Shown: positions 10,432-19,792, counted from the stretch's first letter. The stretch is DNA of 64,000 nt from Microbacteriaceae bacterium (GCA_022487185.1 JAKVJE010000001.1:15158-79157); one strand, 5' to 3'. Notes: a model not told the origin generated them from the sequence alone. Made by a program: numbers and translations.

Positions 10432-10449
10432 GCTGCGCCGAGGGCGAAC
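10432..10449 (+). promoter_or_regulatory. candidate ClgR-type operator upstream of clpC
   Basis: gctgCGCcgaggGCGaac matches 12 of 14 defined positions of the corynebacterial ClgR consensus WNNWCGCYNANRGCGWWS (quoted from memory). Lies 71-88 nt upstream of the clpC ATG. Confidence 0.3.
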
Positions 10450-10519
10450 AGCGGTTGTCCGGGGGGAGTTCCGTGGTTGTATGTGTCGTACGCAGAACAC
10501 AGGTGTGTGAGGAGCTGCC

Positions 10520-13030
10520 ATGTTTGAACGTTTCACCGACCGGGCCCGTCGAGTCGTCGTGCTCGCCCAGGACGAGGCGAAGATGCTCAACCACAATTAC
10601 ATCGGCTCCGAGCACCTGCTGCTCGGCCTGCTACACGAGGGCGAGGGCGTGGCCGCCAAGGCCCTGGAACAGGTGAACGTCACCCTCGACGATGCCCGTG
10701 AGCAGGTTGAAGACATTATCGGGGTCGGGCAGCAGCCCCCCACCGGGCATATCCCCTTCACCCCGCGGGGCAAGAAAGTGCTGGAACTTTCGTTCCGGGA
10801 GGCCCTGCAGCTGGGGCACAACTATGTGGGCACCGAGCACATCCTGCTGGGGCTCATCCGTGAGGGCGAGGGCGTGGCAGTGCAGGTCCTCGTGAAGCTG
10901 GGCGTCGACCTGAACCAGCTGCGCCAGAACGTGATCCAGCAGCTCGCCGGCTACCAGCAGGGCGCCGGCGGCGAGGGCAAGGAGCCGCTCGCCGGGGTCG
11001 GGGCCGAGCAGGGGAACACCCCGCAGGGGTCCCAGGTGCTCGATCAGTTCGGTGAGAACCTGACGCAGAAGGCCAAGGACGGGAAGCTGGACCCGGTCAT
11101 CGGCCGGGAGCACGAGATCGAGCGGGTCATGCAGGTGCTGTCCCGCCGCACCAAGAACAACCCGGTGCTCATCGGAGAGCCGGGCGTGGGCAAGACGGCG
11201 GTGGTCGAGGGGCTCGCGCAGGCGATCGTGAGCAACGAGGTGCCGGAGACCCTGAAAGACAAGCAGCTGTACGCGCTCGACCTGTCGGCGCTCATCGCCG
11301 GGTCCCGGTACCGCGGTGACTTCGAGGAGCGTCTGCGGAAGGTGCTCAAGGAGATCCGCACCCGCGGCGACATCATCATCTTCATCGATGAGATCCACAC
11401 CCTCGTCGGGGCGGGTGCCGCGGAGGGCGCCATCGACGCGGCCTCCATCCTGAAGCCGATGCTGGCCCGGGGCGAGCTCCAGACCATCGGTGCCACCACC
11501 ACCGAGGAGTACCGCAAGTACTTCGAGAAGGACTCCGCCCTGGAGCGCCGGTTCCAGCCGGTCCAGGTGAAAGAGCCGTCCATCAAGCACTCCATCGCCA
11601 TTCTGAAGGGGCTGCGCGAGCGCTACGAGCACCATCACAAGGTGACGATCACCGATGGGGCCATCGTTGCGGCGGTCAACCTGTCGGCCCGGTACATCCA
11701 GGACCGGCAGCTGCCGGACAAGGCGATCGACCTGATCGATGAGGCCGGTGCGCGGATGCGCCTGTCGGTGCTCTCGGCGCCGCCGGAGCTGCGCGAGTTC
11801 GACGAGAAGATCGCAAAGGTCCGCTCGGAGAAGGAGCAGGCCATCGAGGCGCAGGACTTCGAGGCGGCCGCCAAACTGCGCGACGACGAGAAGAAACTGC
11901 TGGGGGATCGGCTCCGGGTCGAGAAGGAGTGGCGCGCCGGGGATGTGAACGTGCACGCCGAGGTCGACGAGGGCCTGATCGCCGAGGTTCTGGCGCAGCA
12001 GACCGGGATCCCGGTGTTCAAGCTCACCGAGGAGGAGACCGCGCGTCTCATGTACATGGAGGATGAGCTGCACCGCCGTGTTATCGGGCAGAACGATGCC
12101 ATCAAGGCACTCTCGCGGAGCATCCGCCGGACCCGGTCCGGTCTGAAGGACCCGAATCGTCCCAGCGGCTCGTTTATCTTCGCCGGCCCCACCGGTGTCG
12201 GGAAGACCGAGCTGGCGAAGGCGCTCGCGGAGTTCCTGTTCGACGATGAGCATGCGCTGATCTCTCTGGACATGAGCGAGTTCAGCGAGAAGCACACGGT
12301 CTCGCGGCTGTTCGGTGCCCCTCCGGGGTTCGTCGGCTTCGAGGAGGGCGGCCAGCTCACCGAGAAGGTGCGCCGGAAGCCCTTCAGCGTGGTCCTGTTC
12401 GACGAGATCGAGAAGGCCCACCCGGACATCTTCAACTCGCTGCTGCAGATCCTCGAGGAGGGTCGCCTGACCGACGGCCAAGGGCGTGTGGTCGACTTCA
12501 AGAACACGGTGATCATCATGACCACCAACTTGGGGACGAAAGACATCACCGGCACCCCGATCGGGTTCCAGGCCGCCGGCGACACCGAGCTCGGCTACGA
12601 GCGTATGAAGGCGAAGGTGTTCGAGGAGCTCAAGAAGCACTTCAAGCCCGAGTTCCTGAACCGCGTTGACGACATCATCGTGTTCCCGCAGCTGAAGAAG
12701 GACGAGCTGCTGCAGATCGCCGATCTGTTCATCGGCCGGCTGAATGACCGACTGGCGGATCGGGATATGAGCCTCGAGATGACGGTCCCGGCGAAGGAGC
12801 GGATCATCGACCTCGGGTACGATCCGTCGCTGGGTGCACGCCCCCTGCGCCGCGCAATGCAGCAGCACATCGAGGACCAGCTTTCGGAGCGCATCCTCAC
12901 AGGGGATGTGAAGGCCGGTCAGCACATCGTGGTCGATGTCGATGAGGCCGGGAAGTTCACGTTCACGTTCCGTGATGGTGGTCGGCCCGGCTCGGAGCAG
13001 GGCACGGTGGCGGCCTCCCAGGTGCTGTGA
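10520..13030 (+). CDS. clpC: ATP-dependent Clp protease ATP-binding subunit ClpC
   Basis: 836 aa. Starts [13 protein letters not shown] (N-domain repeats). Two AAA modules ([18 protein letters not shown]) and a UVR-like linker. Confidence 0.97.
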   Translation: MFERFTDRARRVVVLAQDEAKMLNHNYIGSEHLLLGLLHEGEGVAAKALEQVNVTLDDAREQVEDIIGVGQQPPTGHIPFTPRGKKVLELSFREALQLGHNYVGTEHILLGLIREGEGVAVQVLVKLGVDLNQLRQNVIQQLAGYQQGAGGEGKEPLAGVGAEQGNTPQGSQVLDQFGENLTQKAKDGKLDPVIGREHEIERVMQVLSRRTKNNPVLIGEPGVGKTAVVEGLAQAIVSNEVPETLKDKQLYALDLSALIAGSRYRGDFEERLRKVLKEIRTRGDIIIFIDEIHTLVGAGAAEGAIDAASILKPMLARGELQTIGATTTEEYRKYFEKDSALERRFQPVQVKEPSIKHSIAILKGLRERYEHHHKVTITDGAIVAAVNLSARYIQDRQLPDKAIDLIDEAGARMRLSVLSAPPELREFDEKIAKVRSEKEQAIEAQDFEAAAKLRDDEKKLLGDRLRVEKEWRAGDVNVHAEVDEGLIAEVLAQQTGIPVFKLTEEETARLMYMEDELHRRVIGQNDAIKALSRSIRRTRSGLKDPNRPSGSFIFAGPTGVGKTELAKALAEFLFDDEHALISLDMSEFSEKHTVSRLFGAPPGFVGFEEGGQLTEKVRRKPFSVVLFDEIEKAHPDIFNSLLQILEEGRLTDGQGRVVDFKNTVIIMTTNLGTKDITGTPIGFQAAGDTELGYERMKAKVFEELKKHFKPEFLNRVDDIIVFPQLKKDELLQIADLFIGRLNDRLADRDMSLEMTVPAKERIIDLGYDPSLGARPLRRAMQQHIEDQLSERILTGDVKAGQHIVVDVDEAGKFTFTFRDGGRPGSEQGTVAASQVL

Positions 13031-13542
13031 CGTCGCCGCAGGTGCGCATCCGCGCCGCCCGGACGGCGGATGTCCCGGCGATCTGGGACATGATGCAGCC
13101 GTTCGTGGCGGAGCGCATCCTCCTGGGCAAGGAGGCGGTGGCGCTCTACGAGGCGGTCCCGGAATTCTTGGTCGCGGAGGATGCGGAGCGGGTGGTCGGT
13201 TTCGGCGCCCTGCACGTGTTCTGGAAGGATCTGGCCGAGGTGCGCACCCTGGCGGTTGATCCCCTGCGCCAGGGAGAGGGGATCGGGGGCGCCCTGCTGC
13301 GGGCGCTGCTGACTCGCTCGGTGGGCTACGGCGTGTACCGGGTGTTCTGCCTGACCTTTGAGGTGTCTTTTTTTGAGCGGCACGGTTTCAGCGTGCTCCG
13401 GGATCCGGGGATCGATCCGGGAACCTATTCGGAGCTGGTGCGCTCCCATGACGAGGGCATGGCGGAATTCTTGGAGCTGGCCCGGGTCAAGCAGAATACG
13501 CTTGGGAATACACGGATGATCCGACATCTCCCGGGAGCATGA
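13027..13542 (+). CDS. GNAT-family amino-acid N-acetyltransferase (short single-domain NAGS-like)
   Basis: 171 aa with acetyl-CoA motif RQGEGIGGALL. The C-terminal KQNTLGNTRMIRHL resembles short actinobacterial ArgA-like proteins. GTGA overlap with the clpC stop. Alternative GTG at 13042. Confidence 0.8.
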   Translation: MTSPQVRIRAARTADVPAIWDMMQPFVAERILLGKEAVALYEAVPEFLVAEDAERVVGFGALHVFWKDLAEVRTLAVDPLRQGEGIGGALLRALLTRSVGYGVYRVFCLTFEVSFFERHGFSVLRDPGIDPGTYSELVRSHDEGMAEFLELARVKQNTLGNTRMIRHLPGA

Positions 13543-14102
13543 TGGCAACTTCGAAGGTGATCTACCGCAGGCGGCGCCTGGCGGCGCTGCTTGCGCTGCT
13601 GCTGCTGATCGGGGTCATCTGGGGTGGCATCGCGCTGCTGCGCGGGGGAGGATCTCCTGCCTCCTCCGCCTCGTCTTCGGCGTCTTCGTCTGGTGATGCC
13701 AAGGTGCCGGAGTGTTCACAGGGCGTGCTGTCGGTGTCGGTGTCGACGGATGCATCGCGGTATTCGCTCACGGATCATCCGGTGCTGACCATGTCGGTCA
13801 AGAACACGTCGGATGCCGACTGCCGCGCCAACGTGGGAACCAGCCAGCAACAGTTCGTCGTCGGGAGCGGGGATCAGAGCCTGTGGTTCTCCCGCCCCTG
13901 CATCACGAATTCGTCGGATGCGGTGCGCACCCTCCGGGCCGGTCAGACCCTGCGCGGAAAGGTGAGCTGGGACGGGACGACGAACACGGCGCAGTCCTGC
14001 TCGAAGAGCACCGCGGGCACCGGGAAGCCAGGAACCTACTGGGTGACTGCGGCCCTGGGGGACACACTGTCGGCGAAGGCGACGTTCGTTCTGGCGAAGT
14101 AG
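13539..14102 (+). CDS. membrane-anchored extracytoplasmic protein of unknown function (possibly DUF4232-like beta-sandwich)
   Basis: RRRR plus a hydrophobic anchor, a Ser-rich linker, then a ~130-aa domain with 4 Cys. ATGA overlap with the GNAT gene. Confidence 0.65.
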   Translation: MMATSKVIYRRRRLAALLALLLLIGVIWGGIALLRGGGSPASSASSSASSSGDAKVPECSQGVLSVSVSTDASRYSLTDHPVLTMSVKNTSDADCRANVGTSQQQFVVGSGDQSLWFSRPCITNSSDAVRTLRAGQTLRGKVSWDGTTNTAQSCSKSTAGTGKPGTYWVTAALGDTLSAKATFVLAK

Positions 14103-14105
14103 CGT

Positions 14106-15431
14106 TCACCCCCGTCTGGCCGGGTCCGTGCGGGGGGTGAGTGCGGCGGCGATGGCGTCCCGCACGGTGCGTGCCCCCCGGTGCTCCAGCACATTCGTGT
14201 AGCCGAGGCGGGTCGCCTCCCGGATGCGGGCTTCCAGGGCGAGTGCGGGCCGGATCTGCCCGGCGAGGCTGACTTCTCCGACGGTGGCGAGGTCCGGGCG
14301 GATGGGACGGTCGAGCACCGCGGAGGCCACGGCGAGAGCGATGGCCAGGTCGGCTCCGGGCTCGATCAGCCGTGCGCCCCCGACGGTGGAGACGTAGACA
14401 TCACAGCTGCCGGTGGGGATCCCGGCTCGCTGCTGGAGCACCGCGAGCAGCATCGAGAGCCGGGAGGCATCCACCCCATTGACTACGCGCCGGGGCTGCG
14501 GGGCGGCGCTGGGCACCGTGAGGGCCTGGATCTCGACGGGGAGCGAGCGCTGCCCCTCCCTGGCGATGGCAATGGCCGTGCCGGGCTGCTGTGCGCCGTC
14601 GCCACTGAGGAAGAGCCTCGATGGGTCGGGGACCGGTTCCATCCCGCTGCCGGTCATCTCGAAGCAGCCGACCTCATCGGTGTCCCCGTACCGGTTCTTC
14701 ACGGCATGGGCGAAGCGGAGGGCGGTGCGCCGATCGCCCTCGATCTGGCAGACGACATCGACGAGGTGCTCAAGCTGCCGGGGACCGGCGATGGTCCCAT
14801 CTTTGGTGACATGCCCGACCAGCAGCACCGCACAGTCCGTGTGCTTCGCATAGGAGGTGAGGGCGTGGGCCACCGACTTGACCTGTGTGGGGCCGCCCGG
14901 GAGCCCGTCTCGGGCGGGGTCTCGGAGGGTCTGGACGGAGTCGATGATGAGGAGGTCGGGATGGGCGGCCTCGGCCTGCGCGAGCGCGGCTCCGAGCTCG
15001 GTCTCCGAGGCGAGGAGCAGGTGCTCGTCGAGGGCCTGCACCCGGTCGGCCCGAGAGCGTACCTGGGAGGCGGACTCTTCGGCACTGACGTAGAGGACAG
15101 TGGCGCCGGACCTGGCCGCGTGTGCGGCGACGGCGAGGAGCAGGGTGGACTTCCCGACCCCGGGTTCCCCGCTGAGCAGGATGACGGAGCCCGGCACGAT
15201 CCCGCCGCCCAGGACCCGGTCAAACTCTCCGATCCCGGTGGGGCGATGCAGGGCGCCGGTGGCGGAGACCTGGTCGATGGGAACGGCCGCGGTGACGGGG
15301 GCGTTCCCGGTGCCGGTGGTGCCCTCCTCGAGCGTGCCCCACGCCCCGCAGCCCCCGCAGCGGCCAACCCACTTCAGACTGGTCCAGCCGCAATCGGTGC
15401 ACCGGTATCGGGGGGCGGATGTGGCAGTCAT
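14106..15431 (-). CDS. radA: DNA repair protein RadA
   Basis: CTDCGWTSLKWVGRCGGCGAWG zinc finger, Walker A GEPGVGKST, KNRYG motif and a Lon-like C-domain. Start placed at ATG 15431; the longer ORF reaching 15569 overlaps the tRNA. Confidence 0.94.
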   Translation of the reverse strand: MTATSAPRYRCTDCGWTSLKWVGRCGGCGAWGTLEEGTTGTGNAPVTAAVPIDQVSATGALHRPTGIGEFDRVLGGGIVPGSVILLSGEPGVGKSTLLLAVAAHAARSGATVLYVSAEESASQVRSRADRVQALDEHLLLASETELGAALAQAEAAHPDLLIIDSVQTLRDPARDGLPGGPTQVKSVAHALTSYAKHTDCAVLLVGHVTKDGTIAGPRQLEHLVDVVCQIEGDRRTALRFAHAVKNRYGDTDEVGCFEMTGSGMEPVPDPSRLFLSGDGAQQPGTAIAIAREGQRSLPVEIQALTVPSAAPQPRRVVNGVDASRLSMLLAVLQQRAGIPTGSCDVYVSTVGGARLIEPGADLAIALAVASAVLDRPIRPDLATVGEVSLAGQIRPALALEARIREATRLGYTNVLEHRGARTVRDAIAAALTPRTDPARRG

Positions 15432-15437
15432 GGTTCC

Positions 15438-15443
15438 AGGGTA
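15438..15443 (-). promoter_or_regulatory. candidate -10 box (TACCCT) for a leaderless radA transcript
   Basis: TAnnnT hexamer lies 6 nt upstream of ATG 15431. No SD sequence. Confidence 0.35.
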
Positions 15444-15499
15444 GGGGCACCCTCTGACGTTCGCTGCGCGGGGGATCGATTTGGAGTACTCTTGTCGGC

Positions 15500-15584
15500 G
15501 GTGACGTGTCAGAGCGGCCGAATGTGCACGCCTCGAAAGCGTGTGAGGTGAAAGCCTCCGAGGGTTCAAATCCCTCCGTCACCG
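15500..15584 (+). tRNA. tRNA-Ser (anticodon CGA)
   Basis: Hand-folded cloverleaf. Acceptor GGTGACG/CGTCACC; anticodon stem CACGC/GCGTG with loop CTCGAAA; long variable arm GAGG-TGAAAG-CCTC; T-arm GAGGG-TTCAAAT-CCCTC; discriminator G. CCA is not encoded. Confidence 0.9.
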
Positions 15585-15590
15585 CAGAAA

Positions 15591-15622
15591 ACAGGCGATC
15601 GGGCTGGTGCTCGGTCGCCTGT
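15591..15622 (-). terminator. palindromic hairpin copy 1, a probable terminator of the als-MFS operon (minus strand)
   Basis: ACAGGCGATCGGG-CTGGTG-CTCGGTCGCCTGT. On the minus strand it is followed by TTTTCT. Confidence 0.45.
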
Positions 15623-15648
15623 TGCGGTGGTTGCAAGAAAGTGAGAGA

Positions 15649-15684
15649 ACAGGCGACCGGGTTTGTGCCCGATCGCCTGTTTTT
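15649..15684 (+). terminator. palindromic hairpin copy 2 with T-tract, an intrinsic terminator after tRNA-Ser
   Basis: ACAGGCGACCGGG-TTTGTG-CCCGATCGCCTGT followed by TTTT(GG). Confidence 0.6.
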
Positions 15685-15751
15685 GGTCCACGGTACGCAC
15701 CGCGGAGTGGATGTCCGGGAGCGGTGCTTCACGCCCCCGGACACCCCGTCA

Positions 15752-17029
15752 TTACTTTGCCGATGCAGCTGCGGCCCGAGCGGGCTTGGCCCCCGCGGCC
15801 CCAGCGGAGTGCGTCATAGGCTTCGGCGCGCGGATGACGAGCATGAGCACGGCCCCGATGGCGATGATGACGCCCCCGATCGGGAAGGACACGTTGAACG
15901 GCACACGCAGCCCATTGAGGACGAGGGTGATGAGTGCGGCGACGGCGAACCCGGTGTAGATCACCGAGTAGTTCTTCGACTGGTTGTTCTTGCCGTAGAA
16001 CTCGCCCACGATGGTCGGGAAGATGGTGATCGTCCCACCGAATCCGAAGCCGAGCAGCAGGAAGCCGATCACGAACAGCCAGGTCGGCGGCACCCACGAG
16101 AAGCCGAGGGCGAAGGCGAACACGGCCAGTGCGGCGAGGACGACGCCGACGAGCAGCGTCCGCTTCATCCGGTCGGAGAGCCAGCCGAGGGCGAAGCGCC
16201 CGATGGTGTTCACGAAACCGACCAGGGACACCATGCTGATCACGCCGACAGCCAGCGCCGGGACGGCGATCTTGGTGGCGTTGCCCACGTTGCCGATGAC
16301 GTACTGGCCGGAGAAGGCGGCCGCGATCAGCGCGAGGTAGAGCATATAGGCCTGCTTGGTGTGCAACATCTGTCCCACGGTGTATTCGCCGGTGGGGGCG
16401 GCGGTATCCGTCTTGCGGACGACCGGGGCATCGGCGAGCAGCAGCCCGCCGGGGATGACGAGCGCGGCGGCGATAATCGCCCACACGATCATGGCGGTGG
16501 TGGCGCCGGCGCCGTTGAGGATGGGCTGCAGCAGCAGGGGCAGCAGGATCGCGGGGATGCCGTAGGCGCCCACGCAGATGCCGGAGACGGTTCCGGCCTT
16601 GTCCGGGTACCAGCGCAGGCAGTTGGTGAGGCTCAGCAGGTAGCTGATGCCGTCACCGACGCCGGCGACGAGCCCAGCGAAGAGGTAGAGCACCCACACG
16701 CTCGGGGCGAAGGCGCTGACGAGGAAGCCGACGCCGAGGAGCACGCCGCAGACCATGATCACCTTCCGGACGCCGAATTTTGCCTGCAGCCAGCCGATCG
16801 AGAGGGTCGACGCGGAGAGGGCAAACATCATGATCGAGAAGGTGACGGCCAAGCTGAAGGTCAGGTTGGGGTTGTGTTGCACCGCAGAGGCGCCGTAGAA
16901 GCGCTCTGCCAGCGGGGAGTTGAACATGCTCCACACGTAGGCGGTTCCCGCACCGAGCTGGGTGAGGACGGTCCCGAGGAGCGTCTTCCCGCGGCCGGAG
17001 GGCACGGCGGTGGATGGTTGTTGAGTCAT
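15752..17029 (-). CDS. MFS transporter, oxalate/formate antiporter (OFA)-like family
   Basis: 425 aa with about 12 TM segments. The N-terminal LGAGTAYVWSMF pattern is typical of OFA/L-lactate-type MFS. Last gene of the als operon. Confidence 0.85.
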   Translation of the reverse strand: MTQQPSTAVPSGRGKTLLGTVLTQLGAGTAYVWSMFNSPLAERFYGASAVQHNPNLTFSLAVTFSIMMFALSASTLSIGWLQAKFGVRKVIMVCGVLLGVGFLVSAFAPSVWVLYLFAGLVAGVGDGISYLLSLTNCLRWYPDKAGTVSGICVGAYGIPAILLPLLLQPILNGAGATTAMIVWAIIAAALVIPGGLLLADAPVVRKTDTAAPTGEYTVGQMLHTKQAYMLYLALIAAAFSGQYVIGNVGNATKIAVPALAVGVISMVSLVGFVNTIGRFALGWLSDRMKRTLLVGVVLAALAVFAFALGFSWVPPTWLFVIGFLLLGFGFGGTITIFPTIVGEFYGKNNQSKNYSVIYTGFAVAALITLVLNGLRVPFNVSFPIGGVIIAIGAVLMLVIRAPKPMTHSAGAAGAKPARAAAASAK

Positions 17030-17058
17030 GGATTGTCTTTTCTGATGTTGGGGCGCTG

Positions 17059-17137
17059 CGGGGCCGCACCTTCGAGGGCGCGGCCCCGTCTGGGGCGCGG
17101 CATTCGCACCGCGCCCCTGGTTCTCGGGGAGAGAACC
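17059..17137 (-). other. three consecutive GC-rich stem-loops in the alsD-MFS spacer
   Basis: CGGGGCCGC/GCGGCCCCG (17059-17088), GGGGCGCGG/CCGCGCCCC (17092-17117) and GGTTCTC/GAGAACC (17119-17137). No U-tract follows. Confidence 0.45.
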
Positions 17138-17139
17138 GG

Positions 17140-17874
17140 TTAGGAGTGCTGTTCGGTGGAGTGGATCTGCTCGGCCAGGTCGTCGGGGAGCAGATTGGCC
17201 CCCTGGAACGACGGGGTGTCGGGCAGGGACACGTCGAGGCTCATGGCAGGCGAGATCTCGATGCTGGCGTGCTGCAGCCGGTAGCTCAGCACGTGGCCGC
17301 CGTGGGAGCGCTCGTCGTTGACGAAGTGCACGTGGTAGCCGGGCACCGAGACGCCCATGAGGTATTGCGGAGTGCGGAATCCGCCGAGCACGCCGGAGAC
17401 GTTGCTCCAGGTCTGCACGGGTTCATCTTTGCTGGACTGGGCCATGGGGATGTAGGGCGGCTCCTGCTTGGCCACGGTCCGGGTGCGGACCTCGGAGAAG
17501 GTTCCGGTGATGCGCAGCGCGTACACGTAGTTGGGGGAGGGGATCAGCCGGTCCACGAAGGCCGCGACCTCGTCCCCGGTGGCCCCGTCGGGCAGATCCG
17601 CCCGAATCTGGGGGACCAGGTTGGTGACGACCGCGAAGGGGGTGACCTGATCCAGTGCAGCCGGATGGACCGTGCCATCCACCCGCATCTGGTAGCTGAC
17701 CCCGTCGAGGACGATCATTTCCCCGTCGAGCCCCTCGAAGGTGCCCAGGCCGAAGGAGCCGTGGGTGAGGAGTTCGCCGATGGTCATGTTGCCCTGGTAG
17801 ATCCCGTCCAGGAGCGCGCTCATCAGGCTGGTCTGGAAGACCGCGTTGCGCGGGAAGGTGCGGGTCTCGGTCAT
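17140..17874 (-). CDS. alsD: alpha-acetolactate decarboxylase
   Basis: 244 aa with the family pattern [16 protein letters not shown]...[17 protein letters not shown]...GYHVHF. ATGA overlap with alsS. Confidence 0.93.
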   Translation of the reverse strand: MTETRTFPRNAVFQTSLMSALLDGIYQGNMTIGELLTHGSFGLGTFEGLDGEMIVLDGVSYQMRVDGTVHPAALDQVTPFAVVTNLVPQIRADLPDGATGDEVAAFVDRLIPSPNYVYALRITGTFSEVRTRTVAKQEPPYIPMAQSSKDEPVQTWSNVSGVLGGFRTPQYLMGVSVPGYHVHFVNDERSHGGHVLSYRLQHASIEISPAMSLDVSLPDTPSFQGANLLPDDLAEQIHSTEQHS

Positions 17875-19589
17875 GAAAGCACCCCCTCCTGGAGCTGCCC
17901 GGCCAGGCGCTGAAGGTTTTCGCTGTAGTCGACGGGGACGTCGATGACGCTGGCCCCGGGCTCCGCGAGGGCCTTCTTGAGGGTGGTCTCGAGCTCGTCG
18001 AGGCTGTGCACCCGGTACCCGTGGCCGCCGAACGACTCCGTGTACTTGACCACGTCGTAGCCGCCGAGCTGGATGCCCGAAGTGCGCTGGTACTTCATCT
18101 GCTGCTGGAACGCGACCATGTCGTAGGTGGAGTCGTTGAAGATGACGTGGGTGAACGACACGCCGAGCCGTGCGGCGGTCTCGAGCTCCTGGGCGGAGAA
18201 CAGGAACCCGCCGTCACCGGACACCGAGAGAACGGGCGTTCCGGGGCGCACGAGGGAAGTGGCGATTGCCCAGGGCAGCGCAACTCCGAGAGTCTGCTGG
18301 CCGTTCGAGAACAGCAGGTGCCGCGGGCGGTACGTGCGGAAGTGACGGGCCATGTAGATGTAGTGGGAGCCGATGTCGGAGATAACGGTGGCATCGTCGT
18401 TGACGGCTTCGCGCAGCTTCAGCACGACGGCCACGGGGTCGAGCCCCTTAGTGTCGTCGTGGATCTGGCTGAAGATCTCGTCGGCGTCGTCGGAGAGCCG
18501 TGCGCGCTGCTCGTCGAGGACCTTCTTGGCCTCGGCGGATGTGCGCAGCCCGGCCACGCGGTCGGCCAGCGCCCGCACGGTGGCGGGGATGGAGCCGCGG
18601 AGCTCGAGGGCGGGCAGGTAGGCGGCATCCGCATCGGCGAGGACCTCGTCGAGCGAGATGATCGTGCGCGCGGTGTTGTGGTTCCAGAGCTTGGCATCGT
18701 ATTCGACGGGGTCATAGCCGATGGCGAGGACCACGTCGGCGCGGTCCAGGACCACGTCGCCGGGCTGGTTGCGGAAGATGCCGACGCGCCCGAGGTAGTG
18801 CTCTTCGAGCTCGCGGCTCACGACGCCGGCGCCCTGGAAGGTCTCGACCACGGGGAGGTCGGTGTGGGCGAGGAGGGTGGCGATGGCGTCGGCGCCCTCT
18901 TCACAGCCGGAGCGGGCCCCGGCCAGGATGACGGGGAAGGCGGCGTGGCGCAGTAGCTCGGCAGCCCGGTCGAGATCCTCGGCGGGGGCCGCTCCCAGCT
19001 GCGGGACGGGCCGCATGCTCTCGGCGGGCACGGAGGTCTCGCCGCCGAGCACGTCGGAGGGCAGCACGAGGGCGGCGGCCCCGCGCGGCATCGTGGTGGC
19101 GCGGCGGAAGGCGTCGGCGACGGCCTCGGGCACGTTGTCGGGGGAATCGACCTCGGCGGCGTACTTGCTGACGGTGGCGAGCATGCCAGCGGCGTCCATG
19201 GACTGGTGGGTGCGCTTGAGGCGATCGGCGCGCGGCACGGCACCGCAGAGGGCGACGATGGGATCGCCCTCGGTGGTGGCGGTGAGGAGGCCGGTGGCCA
19301 GGTTGGTGGTGCCGGGGCCAGAGGTGACGACGGCCACGCCGGGGGTCCCGGTGAGGCGGCCGACGCACGCGGCCATGAAGGCGGCATCCTGCTCGTGACG
19401 GCAGAGGACAATCTTGGGCCCGCCATCCAGAAGGGCGTCGTACAGCTGGTCAACCTTGGCGCCAGGTACGCCGAAGACGTACTTCACTCCGGCCTTGTTC
19501 AGGCTCTCGACGATGCGGTTGGCGCTCCGCTCTGGGGTGATGTGCGCCTCGGTTGCGGTGGCAACAACCGTCTGAATTTTCATGCTCAT
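17871..19589 (-). CDS. alsS: catabolic acetolactate synthase
   Basis: 572-aa single-subunit ThDP enzyme ([15 protein letters not shown]). Directly precedes alsD. Confidence 0.94.
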   Translation of the reverse strand: MSMKIQTVVATATEAHITPERSANRIVESLNKAGVKYVFGVPGAKVDQLYDALLDGGPKIVLCRHEQDAAFMAACVGRLTGTPGVAVVTSGPGTTNLATGLLTATTEGDPIVALCGAVPRADRLKRTHQSMDAAGMLATVSKYAAEVDSPDNVPEAVADAFRRATTMPRGAAALVLPSDVLGGETSVPAESMRPVPQLGAAPAEDLDRAAELLRHAAFPVILAGARSGCEEGADAIATLLAHTDLPVVETFQGAGVVSRELEEHYLGRVGIFRNQPGDVVLDRADVVLAIGYDPVEYDAKLWNHNTARTIISLDEVLADADAAYLPALELRGSIPATVRALADRVAGLRTSAEAKKVLDEQRARLSDDADEIFSQIHDDTKGLDPVAVVLKLREAVNDDATVISDIGSHYIYMARHFRTYRPRHLLFSNGQQTLGVALPWAIATSLVRPGTPVLSVSGDGGFLFSAQELETAARLGVSFTHVIFNDSTYDMVAFQQQMKYQRTSGIQLGGYDVVKYTESFGGHGYRVHSLDELETTLKKALAEPGASVIDVPVDYSENLQRLAGQLQEGVLS

Positions 19590-19753
19590 CCGAGATTGAC
19601 TCTCTTCTTGTTCCGGTGACTGTTATGGATTGCCCGGACGGGGAGTCGCCCTCGACCGGGAAGCTATGGAGAACCGTGTGGTTCCACCATCAGTGACCGG
19701 CGTCGTTGGCGGAGCTGAGTTTCGCAATCCGCACTGACCGACGAAGCGGCTTG

Positions 19754-19781
19754 ATTATAACATTCCGCGATGAATATGCAA
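19754..19781 (-). promoter_or_regulatory. candidate alsS promoter (-35 TTGCAT, 16-nt spacer, -10 TATAAT)
   Basis: Minus-strand reading gives TTGCAT (19781-19776) and a consensus TATAAT (19759-19754). Implies a leader of about 158 nt. Confidence 0.5.
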
Positions 19782-19792
19782 GTTGATGCATA
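19775..19792. promoter_or_regulatory. inverted repeat TATGCA-N6-TGCATA overlapping the alsS -35 box
   Basis: Perfect 6-6-6 inverted repeat in the A/T-richer divergent alsS / ATPase control region. Confidence 0.3.

Noticed and set aside
15506-17143. 545-aa plus-strand ORF downstream of tRNA-Ser.
   Set aside because: It is antisense to the 12-TM MFS gene, starts inside the tRNA, and its translation is Gly/Asp/Glu/His/Arg-rich low complexity. It is a shadow ORF.
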